Positions 20,216-30,899 of a stretch of DNA of 64,000 nt are shown piece by piece. The position numbers and the translations under genes are program-made. Each line of letters opens with the position of its first letter. Within the stretch, counting starts at the first letter, position 1. The stretch comes from an uncultured Luminiphilus sp. GTDB lineage: Bacteria; Pseudomonadota; Gammaproteobacteria; Pseudomonadales; Halieaceae. The notes under the pieces are model-generated. The model did not search any database and had not been told where the DNA came from. It saw only the letters and a list, made by a program, of their open reading frames with translations. Location: NCBI GenBank assembly GCA_943787385.1, contig CALSMF010000006.1:68890-132889 (forward strand), written 5' to 3'.

Positions 20216-21292
20216 TTAACCGTAACGTTGCTCAAACTCGGACATAAAAGAACACAGCGCTTCAACCGCCGCTTCTGGCACCGCATTGTAAATGCTCGCT
20301 CGCATACCCCCCACCGAACGATGTCCCTTCAAATTGGTCAAACCCGCCTGCTCTGCCTCATCAAGAAATACCGTATCGAGTGCGGCATCAGCCAGGGTAA
20401 AGGGCACGTTCATCCAAGACCTCGCCGACTCATCGACAGGGTTACTATAAAAACTGGAGTTATCAATCTGGCCATAAAGTCGCGCAGCTTTTCGCGCATT
20501 GATGGCACCCATCACCTCTAGCCCCCCCATAGATTCAAGCCATTCAAAAACCAAACCCGTCAAATAAACAGCAAAGGTTGGGGGCGTGTTATACATTGAG
20601 CCATTAGCCGCGGCGGTGTCCCAATTCAGCATTGCAGGACAACTGGGCCTAGCTCGGCCAAGAAGCTCCTTACGAACCAACACCAAGGCCAATCCAGCTG
20701 GGCCGATATTTTTCTGGGCACCGGCATAGATAACACCAAATTGGGTGACATCGATAGGACGCGACAATAAAGTCGAGGACATATCGGCGACCAGAGGTGA
20801 GCCAACCTCAGGAATCGTGGAAAACTCTAGCCCGCCAATGGTTTCATTAGGGCAATAGTGAAAATAGCGCCCCCCGGATATCGACCAGTCATCGCTCGGG
20901 GGAAGTGACATAAAGTTGTCTGCGCTACCATCTGCGACACAGTGAGCATTGACGAATCGGGCGCCCTCGGCAAACGCTTTTTTAGACCACTGGCCGGTGA
21001 CTAAATAGTCGGCATTGTCGGCTTCTAAACTCAAATTAAGCGGCACAGCGGCAAATTGCTGACTCGCGCCGCCCTGCTGAAACAACACCGCGTAGTCGTC
21101 GGACACACCCAGCAAGCGCCTCAACCGAGCTTCTGCCTGCTCCATAACGTCTATAAAGGCTTTGCTGCGATGGCTTAGCTCCATAACGGAGGCGCCTTGC
21201 CCCTGCCATTCAAGCATTTCTTCCTGAGCTTTTGCCAGCACCGCCTCAGGTAGGGCCGCAGGGCCAGCGCAAAAATTATGGACTCGAGACAC
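20216..21292 (-). CDS. serC: Phosphoserine aminotransferase
   Basis: NFCAGPAALP, AGAQKNIGPAG, KGHRSVGGMRASIYNA. Confidence 0.97.
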   Translation of the reverse strand: MSRVHNFCAGPAALPEAVLAKAQEEMLEWQGQGASVMELSHRSKAFIDVMEQAEARLRRLLGVSDDYAVLFQQGGASQQFAAVPLNLSLEADNADYLVTGQWSKKAFAEGARFVNAHCVADGSADNFMSLPPSDDWSISGGRYFHYCPNETIGGLEFSTIPEVGSPLVADMSSTLLSRPIDVTQFGVIYAGAQKNIGPAGLALVLVRKELLGRARPSCPAMLNWDTAAANGSMYNTPPTFAVYLTGLVFEWLESMGGLEVMGAINARKAARLYGQIDNSSFYSNPVDESARSWMNVPFTLADAALDTVFLDEAEQAGLTNLKGHRSVGGMRASIYNAVPEAAVEALCSFMSEFEQRYG

Positions 21293-21295
21293 GAT

Positions 21296-23926
21296 TCAAG
21301 ACTCTCCAGTATCTCCGTTAGCCGCCGACACCTCAGATTCAGGGGCATCAGCAGATTCTGCCATGTCTTCGACGGGCACAGCGCCGTCGTCCTCAACAAT
21401 TCGGCTCAGGCGCACCAACTTTTCGTCGTCGCGGGTTTTGATCACTCGAACGCCTTGTGTGTTTCGGCCCAGCGTCGATATTTCCTCAACCCGCGTTCTA
21501 ACCGCCGTGCCCTGATCTGAGATCAACATAATTTCATCGCTAGCGGAAACTTGTACGGCGCCTACGAGCGGACCATTTTTAGCGTTTGTCGCCATGGCAA
21601 TCACGCCTTTGGTGCCGCGGCCCTTACAGGGAAACTCCGCTGTGTCAGTGCGTTTCCCGTACCCTTTTTCACTGACGGTTAAAATAGTGCTGTCTGCCTG
21701 GGGAACGATGAGTGATATCAGCCGGTGTTCATCGCCCAATTTAATGCCTCTAACACCACGAGCTGTTCGGCCCATCGCACGAACGGCCTGCTCTTGAAAT
21801 CTGACGGCCTTACCCTCACTCGACAGCAGCATGACATCACAACTTCCGTCGGTTACCGCAGTTCCCACCAGCCAGTCATCGGCCTCAAGCTCCAGCGCTC
21901 GCAAGCCCACACTGCGCTGTCGAGCAAATTGCTGCATATCGGTTTTCTTCACAATGCCACGTGCGGTCGCCATGAAGATGAAATGCCCTTCCTCATAGCC
22001 TTCCACGGGTAGTATGGAAGTGATGCGCTCACCTTCATCAAGGGGCAGCAAATTGACCATAGGTCGACCTCTGGCATTGCGGCTCGCCAAAGGAATATGA
22101 AATACCTTTAACCAATAAACTTTGCCGAGGTCAGAGAAGCACAAAATCGTCGCGTGGGTACTCGCAATGAGTAGATGCTCCACAAAGTCTTCGTCTTTAA
22201 CCGCCGTTGCTGATCGTCCTGTACCGCCCCGACGCTGTGCCTGATAGTCTGATAGCGACTGGGTTTTTGCATAGCCTCCGTGAGATATCGTCACCACACG
22301 ATCTTCTTCTGTGATCAGATCTTCAACGCTCAGGTCGTGGGTAGAGTCTGTAATTTCGGTGAGTCGGTCGTCACCAAATTCCTCGACCAAATCTTTGAGC
22401 TCATCGCGAATAACCTGACGCAAACGGTCTGGATCTTGAAGAATCTCAAGATAACCCGCAATTTCAACCAGCTTATCCGAGTATTCCTGCAAGAGCTTTT
22501 CATGCTCTAGGCCGGTCAACCGGTGCAGTCGTAACTCCAAGATTGCCTGCGCCTGGGCGGGGGACAAAAAGTACTGATCTCCGTGCAGTCCAAATTCGGC
22601 GGGCAAGTCATCAGGGCGGCACGCATCCTCTCCGGCGCGCTCCAGCATTCCTGTGACTTCTCCAGAATGCCAAGACTTCGCCACCAGCCCAGATTTAGCA
22701 TCGGCGGGTGTTGGCGACGTTTTAATGAGCTCGATGATTTCATCAATATTCACCAGCGCGATGGCGAGCCCTTCGAGGACATGGCCACGTTCGCGGGCTT
22801 TGCGCAATAAATACACCGTTCTTCGCGTTACCACCTCGCGCCGATGACGCACAAACGCTTCGATCATTTCAAGCAGATTCAGGGTGCGTGGCTGGCCGTC
22901 GACCAGGGCAACCATATTGATGCCGACCACCGACTGCAGCTGGGTTTGGGCGTATAGGTTATTCAGGACAACATCGCCCATTTCACCGCGGCGTAATTCA
23001 ATCACCACGCGCAGCCCGTCCTTATCGGACTCGTCTCGTAACTCAGTAATGCCCTCTAGCTTCTTCTCTTTAACCAGCTCTGCAATACGCTCGATTAACC
23101 GCGCCTTGTTTAGCTGATAAGGAATTTCATGAATAATAATGGTGTCTTTGCCACGGCTTTCATCGGTAATAACTTCGGCTCGCGCCCTAACATAAATACG
23201 CCCCCGTCCTGTGCGGTACGCCTGAACAATGCCAGCCCGCCCGTTAATAATGGCTCCGGTTGGAAAGTCGGGGCCCGGGATATACTCCATGAGCCCATCG
23301 ACATCGATCTCAGGGTTATCGATAAACGCCAGGCAGCCCGCCACAACCTCTCTAAGATTGTGGGGTGGAATATTGGTCGCCATTCCCACGGCAATGCCCG
23401 AAGACCCGTTGATGAGAAGATTGGGGGCTCGGGTGGGCAGGACTACGGGGATTTGCTCGGATCCATCGTAATTATCGACAAAGTCGACCGTTTCTTTATC
23501 CAGATCGGCGAGCAGCGCATGAGCCAACTTACTCATGCGAATTTCGGTGTAACGCATAGCCGCGGCTGAATCCCCGTCTATAGAGCCGAAATTCCCCTGT
23601 CCATCGACCAGGGTGTAACGCAGTGAAAAGTCCTGCGCCATGCGAACAATCGTGTCGTAGACCGCAGAGTCTCCATGCGGGTGGTATTTACCGATCACAT
23701 CTCCGACGATTCTGGCCGACTTTTTATACGCCTTATTCCAGTCGTTGTTGAGCTCATTCATCGCAAAGAGCACTCGCCGGTGCACGGGCTTCAAGCCATC
23801 GCGCACGTCGGGCAATGCTCGCCCTACGATAACGCTCATAGCGTAGTCCATGTACGACTGTTTGAGCTCGTCTTCGATGTTGACGGGAAGCACTTCCCGT
23901 GCGATTTCTTTGGGTGTCTCTGCCAT
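21296..23926 (-). CDS. gyrA: DNA gyrase subunit A
   Basis: [18 protein letters not shown], GyrA-box-like QRRGGTG, beta-pinwheel repeats. Confidence 0.98.
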   Translation of the reverse strand: MAETPKEIAREVLPVNIEDELKQSYMDYAMSVIVGRALPDVRDGLKPVHRRVLFAMNELNNDWNKAYKKSARIVGDVIGKYHPHGDSAVYDTIVRMAQDFSLRYTLVDGQGNFGSIDGDSAAAMRYTEIRMSKLAHALLADLDKETVDFVDNYDGSEQIPVVLPTRAPNLLINGSSGIAVGMATNIPPHNLREVVAGCLAFIDNPEIDVDGLMEYIPGPDFPTGAIINGRAGIVQAYRTGRGRIYVRARAEVITDESRGKDTIIIHEIPYQLNKARLIERIAELVKEKKLEGITELRDESDKDGLRVVIELRRGEMGDVVLNNLYAQTQLQSVVGINMVALVDGQPRTLNLLEMIEAFVRHRREVVTRRTVYLLRKARERGHVLEGLAIALVNIDEIIELIKTSPTPADAKSGLVAKSWHSGEVTGMLERAGEDACRPDDLPAEFGLHGDQYFLSPAQAQAILELRLHRLTGLEHEKLLQEYSDKLVEIAGYLEILQDPDRLRQVIRDELKDLVEEFGDDRLTEITDSTHDLSVEDLITEEDRVVTISHGGYAKTQSLSDYQAQRRGGTGRSATAVKDEDFVEHLLIASTHATILCFSDLGKVYWLKVFHIPLASRNARGRPMVNLLPLDEGERITSILPVEGYEEGHFIFMATARGIVKKTDMQQFARQRSVGLRALELEADDWLVGTAVTDGSCDVMLLSSEGKAVRFQEQAVRAMGRTARGVRGIKLGDEHRLISLIVPQADSTILTVSEKGYGKRTDTAEFPCKGRGTKGVIAMATNAKNGPLVGAVQVSASDEIMLISDQGTAVRTRVEEISTLGRNTQGVRVIKTRDDEKLVRLSRIVEDDGAVPVEDMAESADAPESEVSAANGDTGES

Positions 23927-24058
23927 TAGAACTGCTTTGTCTGATCGGGGGAGTTATCAGCCATGCTGATGGGCCGTAGCATATCAAATTCAGCCCTCTG
24001 AGGCCATCTTCAGTGTCCATAGCGGGCAAGGCGACAGGGCACCGGTTATACTGTGCTC

Positions 24059-25426
24059 ATGAACCCTTCAAACCTATCATCTGTCGCTGATCTTGTTATC
24101 CACCCCAAGTGGATTGTACCCGTGGTACCGCAAGGCCAAGTTCTCACCGATCATAGTGTTGTCGTCAGTGATGGCAGAATTACCCGCATTGAGCCCACGG
24201 CTGAAGCGCTACGGATTCAGGCCGCAGAACACCTGCATTTGCCGTCGCAGGTTCTGCTGCCCGGGCTTATTAATGCCCATGGTCACGGCGCTATGACACT
24301 TTTGCGCGGCATTGCAGACGACGCCCCCTTACTCAGTTGGCTACAGGACCATATCTGGCCTTTGGAAGCGGCGTTTGTTTCCGAGGCTTTTGTTCGCGAT
24401 GGGACAGACCTCGCATTGCTTGAGTTGGTGATGGGGGGAACCACGACTTTCAGTGACATGTATTTTTTCCCCGATGTTACCGCCCAGCGGGCGGACCTCG
24501 CGGGGTTGAGAGCACAACTGGTTTTCCCTGTTATTGACGTGGCCACAGCGTGGGCAAGCGACAGCGAGGCCTGTCTGGAAAAAGGGCTCGCCCTGCGCGA
24601 CGAGTATCGAGACCACGCCTTGATTCAGGTAGGTATAGGCGCGCACTCGACCTACAGCGTGCCAGAATCTACTCTGCATAAAATTGCCACCTTGGTTCAC
24701 GAACTCGATGCCCCACTGCAAATTCACCTCCACGAAACCCAAGCTGAGATCGACATGGCCCTGGAAGCCCACGGTGAACGCCCGATTAGTGTTTTGAATC
24801 GCCTAGGTTTACTCGGTCCACGCACGCAGTGTGTGCACATGACGGCGCTGTCAGATGACGACATCGAGCTGCTCTCCAGCACCAACAGCCACGTCATTCA
24901 CTGCCCGCGATCCAACATGAAGCTGGCTTCTGGCATAAGCCCGGTAGATCGACTCCTGAAAGCCGGAGTGAACGTTGCTTTAGGCACCGACGGTGCCGCC
25001 AGTAACAATCGGTTGAATATGCTGGCAGAGCTGCAGATGGCAGCATTATTGGCCAAATTAGAGTCCCTAGAGGCTACCGCGCTTCCGGCAACCAGGGCAC
25101 TTGAGCTCGCCACCATGGGTGGCGCACGGGCGCTGGGACTTGAAAAAACCATCGGTTCGATCGAACCTGGGAAAGCCGCTGATTTGATTGCACTGGACTT
25201 GAGCCAACCCCATACCCAACCCCTGAACAACATCATTTCACAAGTCGTTTATGCGACCAGCGGCAGCGAATTAACGCACAGTTGGGTCGCAGGGCAGCCG
25301 CTAGTCCGCGACGGCCAGCCTGTCACGCTGACGCCGGCCGACATCTCGGCACGCGTCGCCCGCTGGCCGGAGAAATTCAAGGCCCATCAAGCCTCCATTG
25401 ATCAAACAGGAAGTGACCTTTCATGA
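24059..25426 (+). CDS. mtaD: TRZ/ATZ amidohydrolase (MTA/SAH deaminase-like)
   Basis: PGLINAHGH, IHLHET, ALGTDGAASNN; conserved position between gyrA and ubiG. Confidence 0.8.
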   Translation: MNPSNLSSVADLVIHPKWIVPVVPQGQVLTDHSVVVSDGRITRIEPTAEALRIQAAEHLHLPSQVLLPGLINAHGHGAMTLLRGIADDAPLLSWLQDHIWPLEAAFVSEAFVRDGTDLALLELVMGGTTTFSDMYFFPDVTAQRADLAGLRAQLVFPVIDVATAWASDSEACLEKGLALRDEYRDHALIQVGIGAHSTYSVPESTLHKIATLVHELDAPLQIHLHETQAEIDMALEAHGERPISVLNRLGLLGPRTQCVHMTALSDDDIELLSSTNSHVIHCPRSNMKLASGISPVDRLLKAGVNVALGTDGAASNNRLNMLAELQMAALLAKLESLEATALPATRALELATMGGARALGLEKTIGSIEPGKAADLIALDLSQPHTQPLNNIISQVVYATSGSELTHSWVAGQPLVRDGQPVTLTPADISARVARWPEKFKAHQASIDQTGSDLS

Positions 25427-26142
25427 CCACAGCAGCTAATGTTGACCCAGCAGAAATCGCAAAGTTTGAAGCCTTAGCTGCCCGCTGGTGGGATCCCAAC
25501 AGCGAATTTAAGCCCCTTCATGAAATCAACCCCCTCAGAGCGGGTTGGATCGACGAGCGTTCTGCGGTCGCTGGGAAAACTTTGTTAGATGTGGGCTGCG
25601 GTGGTGGTTTATTAACCGAAGCCATGGCGTGGCGTGGCGCGCAAACGGTCAAAGGTATTGATATGGGAGAAGCCCCCTTGAGCGTGGCGCGCCTGCATCA
25701 ACTCGAGAGCGGCTTAGACATTAATTATGAAAAGATCACCGCTGAGCAGTTGGCTGAGCGTGAAAGCGGAACCTATGACGTCGTTACCTGCCTTGAAATG
25801 TTAGAGCATGTTCCCGATCCCGGGGCCGTGATTAAAGCCTGCGCAGATTTAGCAAAACCCGGCGCCGACCTGTATTTTTCGACCATTAACAGGAACCCCA
25901 AGGCCTTTATCTTCGCCATCGTCGGAGCAGAGTACATCCTTAACTTACTCCCCAAAGGCACCCATGAGTACAGCAAATTTATAAAACCCTCAGAACTCGC
26001 CACCTGGATACGTGAAGCCGGATTAACCCTCACTGAAATGTCTGGGCTAACCTATAATCCTGTTACCCAGCATTACCGGCTGCATCCGCGAGATGTATCC
26101 GTCAACTATATGGTTAGAGCTACCAAGCCGAAGGCACCCTGA
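25423..26142 (+). CDS. ubiG: Ubiquinone biosynthesis O-methyltransferase
   Basis: NVDPAEIAKF, WWDPNSEFKPLHEINPLR, LDVGCGGG, EMLEHVPDP. Confidence 0.97.
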   Translation: MTTAANVDPAEIAKFEALAARWWDPNSEFKPLHEINPLRAGWIDERSAVAGKTLLDVGCGGGLLTEAMAWRGAQTVKGIDMGEAPLSVARLHQLESGLDINYEKITAEQLAERESGTYDVVTCLEMLEHVPDPGAVIKACADLAKPGADLYFSTINRNPKAFIFAIVGAEYILNLLPKGTHEYSKFIKPSELATWIREAGLTLTEMSGLTYNPVTQHYRLHPRDVSVNYMVRATKPKAP

Positions 26143-26146
26143 CCCG

Positions 26147-26824
26147 ATGCCAGGGCCCAGCAAACCAGAGGCGGTTCTTTTTGACCTTGACGGCACACTG
26201 GTCGATACCGCCAGTGAATTTGTTTCCGTCGTGCAACAGATGCGGCGCACTCGCCACCTCGCCGATATTGCGGAAGACAGGATACGGTCTGTGGTCTCTA
26301 ACGGGGCTGCGGGTATGATTGCAGCGGCGTTTGACTGCGAACCGGAAATGCCCGAGTTTGACGTGCTACGCGATGAATTTCTGAATACCTATGAGCAGCA
26401 GTTAGGGCGCTCGGCGCACCCCTATGAGGGTTTGCGGGAATTAGTGCGAGAACTGTGCCTTAGCGACATTCCCTGGGGCGTGGTGACCAACAAAATGCGT
26501 CGCTTTGCAGAACCTCTCATGGCCGCTATGGATTTTAATCCACCGACCAACGCCTTGGTAACACCCTGTGAGGTGGCTGAACCCAAACCTCACCCAGAAG
26601 CCATTTTACGCTGCTGTTCGCTACTTCAATGTCAGCCTCATCGTGCTATTTATGTCGGCGATCACAAAAGAGATATCGAGGCCGGCAAGCGCGCCGGTTG
26701 CTATACCATTGCCGCAGCCTATGGTTATCTAGGCGCGGGCGAAGACCCAGCCTCTTGGAACGCCGACAAAATCGCGTTTTCGAGCCTTGAGCTCACCTCA
26801 TTTATTAGGCAATTAATTCAATGA
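26147..26824 (+). CDS. HAD phosphatase (phosphoglycolate / MurNAc-6-P phosphatase-like)
   Basis: FDLDGTLVDT, VVTNK, KPHPE, YVGD; ubiG-yciK context as for Pseudomonas mupP. Confidence 0.85.
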   Translation: MPGPSKPEAVLFDLDGTLVDTASEFVSVVQQMRRTRHLADIAEDRIRSVVSNGAAGMIAAAFDCEPEMPEFDVLRDEFLNTYEQQLGRSAHPYEGLRELVRELCLSDIPWGVVTNKMRRFAEPLMAAMDFNPPTNALVTPCEVAEPKPHPEAILRCCSLLQCQPHRAIYVGDHKRDIEAGKRAGCYTIAAAYGYLGAGEDPASWNADKIAFSSLELTSFIRQLIQ

Positions 26825-27576
26825 CATTTTTACCGGATCAGTGGCTCCCCGACTCCCACGTATTGGCGGGAAAGACCATTTTAATAACCGGCGCAGGCGA
26901 CGGGATTGGCAAAGCCGCCGCACTCACATTTGCTAGGCATGGGGCCGAGGTTCTGTTGTTGGGTCGAACAGAGGCCAAACTGGAGGCCGTTTATGACACC
27001 ATCGTGTCTGAAGGTGGTGCCGTGCCGGCAATCATCCCAACAGATCTCGCGAAAGCCGGGCACGATGCCTTGGTGGCTCTTGCCGCAGAGCTAGCAGGCT
27101 CAATTCCTAAGCTCGATGGCTTGCTTCACAATGCCAGCATTCTTGGAGATCGTAAGCCCCTCGCCCAAACCAGCGCAGCACTCTGGCACCAAATTATGCA
27201 GGTCAACGTCAATGCTGCCTTCATGCTGACCCAAGCCCTGCTACCAATGCTCGAACAAGCGCCTTTAGCATCAGTCGTATTCACCAGCTCTGGTGTGGGG
27301 CGTCGGGGGCGAGCATTCTGGGGAGGGTATGCCGTCTCCAAATTTGCCACCGAAGGCCTGATGCAGGTGCTCGCCGATGAATTAGGGGAAATCAGTAACA
27401 TTCGGGTCAACAGTCTTAACCCTGGCGCCGTCAACACAGCCATGCGCCGCACCGCCTATCCTGCGGAGCCGCCCAGCACCAACCCCGATCCTGAAGCTCT
27501 CATGGAGCATTGGCTGTTTCTCATGAGTGACGACAGTCGAGATATCAATGGCAAGGCGTTAAGCGCCCAAAGCTAA
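26821..27576 (+). CDS. yciK: YciK family short-chain oxidoreductase
   Basis: TGAGDGIG, LLHNAS, YAVSKFATEG, RTAYPAE. Confidence 0.88.
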   Translation: MTFLPDQWLPDSHVLAGKTILITGAGDGIGKAAALTFARHGAEVLLLGRTEAKLEAVYDTIVSEGGAVPAIIPTDLAKAGHDALVALAAELAGSIPKLDGLLHNASILGDRKPLAQTSAALWHQIMQVNVNAAFMLTQALLPMLEQAPLASVVFTSSGVGRRGRAFWGGYAVSKFATEGLMQVLADELGEISNIRVNSLNPGAVNTAMRRTAYPAEPPSTNPDPEALMEHWLFLMSDDSRDINGKALSAQS

Positions 27577-27579
27577 CCT

Positions 27580-28497
27580 TTACCTACGACGGCGCTGGAA
27601 CCCACCCTTACCACTGGCCAAGCGCCGAACCGTCTCTTTTCCAGACTTCCTGGCAAGGCGTTCGAGCTTCGCTCGAGATTTATCACCCAGTGGCACAATA
27701 GGTTTCGCTGGCAGCTTTGCCATACCATAGAGCACCTCCACATCGCGATCGGGCAGCTCAGTCCACTCCCCTTTTTTCAACTTCGAAGGAATAAAGACTT
27801 CGCCGTAACGCACACGCTTCAGCCGCGATACTGTTAGCCCCTGAGACTCCCAAAGGCGGCGTACCTCTCGGTTGCGACCCTCCATGAGCACCACATAAAA
27901 CCAGCGGTTAATGCCCTCACCGCCGCCATCTACAATGTCGGTAAATCGTGCGGGTCCGTCGTCGAGGATAACTCCAGCACGGAGTGTATCGAGTACTTCG
28001 TCAGTGGCATGGCCCATAACTCGCACCAAATACTCGCGCTCTATCGTACTACTGGGGTGCATCATTTTATGCGCCAGTTCACCGTCGGTGGTGAACAGCA
28101 GAAGTCCAGAGGTATTGAAATCTAAGCGCCCCACAACAATCCAGCGACCACCCTGCAATTCAGGAAGCGAGTCGAAAACCGTGCGTCGACCCTCGGGATC
28201 TTTACGCGAGCACACCTCGCCGACCGGTTTGTGGTACAGAAGACATCGCACCCGCTCAGTAGAGTCGAGCTCCACGGGTTTGCCATCAAGGGTTACGCGC
28301 TCTCCCGCTAACACGCGGTCGCCCAGCTTAGCCTTGCGTCCACCAATCGTCAGGCGCCCTTGCTCGATCCAGCGTTCCACTTCCCGGCGTGACCCCAGAC
28401 CAATTTGTGCCAAGGCTTTCTGCAGCTTGTCACCCTTGGGGGGCTCGGGCGGCGGCTCTACAGGCCTATTACTTGGCGGGCGCTGGGCTTTGCTCAT
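27580..28497 (-). CDS. rluB: 23S rRNA pseudouridine synthase B
   Basis: S4 domain KLQKALA...GSRRE, VGRLDFNTSGLLL, EGRNREVRRLWE; follows scpAB. Confidence 0.93.
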   Translation of the reverse strand: MSKAQRPPSNRPVEPPPEPPKGDKLQKALAQIGLGSRREVERWIEQGRLTIGGRKAKLGDRVLAGERVTLDGKPVELDSTERVRCLLYHKPVGEVCSRKDPEGRRTVFDSLPELQGGRWIVVGRLDFNTSGLLLFTTDGELAHKMMHPSSTIEREYLVRVMGHATDEVLDTLRAGVILDDGPARFTDIVDGGGEGINRWFYVVLMEGRNREVRRLWESQGLTVSRLKRVRYGEVFIPSKLKKGEWTELPDRDVEVLYGMAKLPAKPIVPLGDKSRAKLERLARKSGKETVRRLASGKGGFQRRRR

Positions 28498-29347
28498 GGG
28501 ACAGCTCTCCATCGGCATGGATTTCATCGGAGGCTTGTTCTGTCGGTGACTGTTCTTTGGGGGCTGCTAGCTCTGGGGCCCCTTCCGTTGCATCTTCCGC
28601 GTCCAAACCCGTGTCGCCGGCGATGTCTTGGTCCAGAGCACGTTCTTCTGCAACCTGGGCTTCGGAATGTTCACCCTCAGAAGAGGGTTCTTCTGAAGCG
28701 TTGCCCGCTGGCATTTCATCTGCGGTCTCGGCGTCTATGGCCGGCGCATTTGCCTCGGTTTCGGGTTCCGCAATTTCTGCGCCCAAGATCTCAAGGGGTA
28801 GATCCCCCGACAGGTTTTCTAAATCTTTAATTTCTGCCAGCGGCGGCAGTTCCTCAAGGGATTTAAGGTTGAAGTAATCAAGAAATTGCCTTGTGGTGGC
28901 ATACATTGCCGGCCGACCGGGCACGTCACGATGACCTACAATACGAACCCAGTCACGTTCCTGCAGCGTTTTTATAATATTAGTGCTAACGGCGACACCT
29001 CTGATTTCTTCAATTTCGCCGCGCGTTATAGGCTGACGATAGGCAATCAATGAGAGTGTTTCTAACAGCGCCCGGGAATAACGCGGCGGGCGCTCCTGCC
29101 ACAGACGACCCACCCATGTAGACAGGTTTTGTCGCACCTGAAAACGATAGCCCGTCGCCACCTGCACCAGTTCGTAACCACGACCCTCACAGCGGCGCCC
29201 GACTTCATCAAGGGCTTCCCGCAGGTCGGTATTGGCGGGACGATCAAACTCATCAAACAGTTGGCTAAGACGCTGAATAGACAGCGCTTCTCCAGCGACC
29301 ATCAATGCGCCTTCAAGAATTTGAACTAAACCCGTCTCCGCCATCAA
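28469..29347 (-). CDS. scpB: SMC-Scp complex subunit ScpB
   Basis: SRALLETLSLIAYRQPITRGEIEEIRGV, FLDYFNLKSLEELP; acidic tail. Confidence 0.95.
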   Translation of the reverse strand: MMAETGLVQILEGALMVAGEALSIQRLSQLFDEFDRPANTDLREALDEVGRRCEGRGYELVQVATGYRFQVRQNLSTWVGRLWQERPPRYSRALLETLSLIAYRQPITRGEIEEIRGVAVSTNIIKTLQERDWVRIVGHRDVPGRPAMYATTRQFLDYFNLKSLEELPPLAEIKDLENLSGDLPLEILGAEIAEPETEANAPAIDAETADEMPAGNASEEPSSEGEHSEAQVAEERALDQDIAGDTGLDAEDATEGAPELAAPKEQSPTEQASDEIHADGELSHEQSPAPAK

Positions 29348-30222
29348 TCGATCCTCGCCTTGACATGGATGGGCCCAAAGCCCTCAGTTTGTACAATTTC
29401 CACCAGAGACTCCTTAATCAGCTCCATGATCGCCAAAAAGGTAACGACTACCCCTAACCGCCCTTCCTCAGCTTTGAAGAGAGAAACAAAGGGAACAAAA
29501 TTGCTCGATCGAAGCACCTCAAGCACATCTGACATGCGCTCCCGCGTCGACAGGGATTCACGCTGAATTTGATGGCTTTCATACATATCAGCGCGTTTTA
29601 GCACTTCTCCCAGAGCCACCAAAAGCTCACGCATATCGAGGTCGGGGAGTGGCCGGTCACGGTTGAGATCCGGAGGCTCGATCTTGGCAACCCAAGTATC
29701 GCGCTCCACCCGAGGTAACCCATCTATCTCTTCAGCCGCCTGTTTGAAGCGCTCGTATTCCTGAAGCCTTCGAATCAAATTCGCTCTCGGGTCTTCCTCG
29801 TCCTCTTCAATATCTGTTGAGCGCGGCAGCAACATGCGCGATTTAATTTCTGCCAACATGGCCGCCATTAACAAATATTCTGCGGCTAACTCGAACTGCA
29901 TAGCATCCATGAGTTCGACATATTCCATGTACTGCGTCGTGATCTGCGACACACCAATATCTAAAATATCAAGATTTTGCCGGCGAATGAGGTACAGCAA
30001 AAGATCGAGCGGGCCTTCGAAGGCCTCGAGAAAAACCTCCAGAGCCTGAGGTGGGATATAGAGATCTTTAGGGAGCTCAGTCATCTCATGCCCCATAACG
30101 ATCGCAAAAGGCATTTCACCTTGCTGGGGGTTGTTTAAGCGGCGCTCCACACGATCTGCAGGACGAAGTGTGGGAGACTCATCTACAGGATCTGGCGCAT
30201 CGGGAGGTATTGTTGTATTCAC
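29344..30222 (-). CDS. scpA: SMC-Scp complex subunit ScpA
   Basis: FEGPLDLLLYLI, AAEYLLMAA, VVVTFLAIMELIK. Start is GTG 30222 or TTG 30261. Confidence 0.95.
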   Translation of the reverse strand: MNTTIPPDAPDPVDESPTLRPADRVERRLNNPQQGEMPFAIVMGHEMTELPKDLYIPPQALEVFLEAFEGPLDLLLYLIRRQNLDILDIGVSQITTQYMEYVELMDAMQFELAAEYLLMAAMLAEIKSRMLLPRSTDIEEDEEDPRANLIRRLQEYERFKQAAEEIDGLPRVERDTWVAKIEPPDLNRDRPLPDLDMRELLVALGEVLKRADMYESHQIQRESLSTRERMSDVLEVLRSSNFVPFVSLFKAEEGRLGVVVTFLAIMELIKESLVEIVQTEGFGPIHVKARID

Positions 30223-30272
30223 CGGAGAATTATACCGCAGTACCCTCGCGGCGTCTGCCAAAGAGTGGGCAT

Positions 30273-30899
30273 TCAGCCCAGAGCGAGGCGGGTAATATCC
30301 CCTAAACCCTCCCGCAGCACCTCATAGCTATCGGCGGACAAATCGATGACGGTGGTGGGCTCTAGGCCGCAAAAGCCGCCATCTATGACCAGTTCGACCT
30401 CATGCTCCAGCGTCGTACGAATGTCGTAAGGGTCGGTCAACGGATAATCATCCCCCGGCAGCTGCAATGTGACACTCATAATGGGCTCAGCAAATTCAGC
30501 TAGCAGCGCTTGGGTGATGGCATTATCTGGCACACGAACCCCCACGGTTTTCCTCCGCGGATGGAGTAAACGACGTGGCACCTCACCGGTAGCCTCGAGA
30601 ATAAACGTATAGGGGCCCGGGGTGGCATTTTTGATGAGCCGGTAAGCACTATTATCGACCTTGGCATAGGTCCCCAGCACAGAGAGGTCTGGACAAACCA
30701 ATGTGAAATTATGATGGTCATCAAGTTTCCGAATACGCCGGATACATTCCAGGGCGCGCTTGTCCCCCAAGCGACAGCCCAGCGCGTAGGCTGAATCTGT
30801 GGGATAGGCTATCACCCCGCCGCCCCGCAAGATTTCCACCGCCTGCCTGACCAAGCGCAGTTGCGGTGTTTCTGGATGGATGGCAAAGAACTGGCTCAA
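30273..30899 (-). CDS. yciO: Sua5/YciO/YrdC family protein
   Basis: MSQFFAIHPETPQ, YPTDSAYALGC, PGPYTFIL. Confidence 0.9.
   Translation of the reverse strand: MSQFFAIHPETPQLRLVRQAVEILRGGGVIAYPTDSAYALGCRLGDKRALECIRRIRKLDDHHNFTLVCPDLSVLGTYAKVDNSAYRLIKNATPGPYTFILEATGEVPRRLLHPRRKTVGVRVPDNAITQALLAEFAEPIMSVTLQLPGDDYPLTDPYDIRTTLEHEVELVIDGGFCGLEPTTVIDLSADSYEVLREGLGDITRLALG

Noticed and set aside
21296-23926. Quinolone-resistance changes or an intein in gyrA
   Set aside because: The QRDR reads GDSAVYD (Ser83 and Asp87 equivalents intact), the length is normal, and QRRGGTG is only a minor GyrA-box variant.
27911-28877. Long plus-strand ORFs (212, 162 and 141 aa) opposite rluB/scpB
   Set aside because: Antisense shadows of well-supported genes with no recognisable motifs. 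The same applies to the many antisense ORFs over gyrA, rpsA, aroA and the gsp genes.
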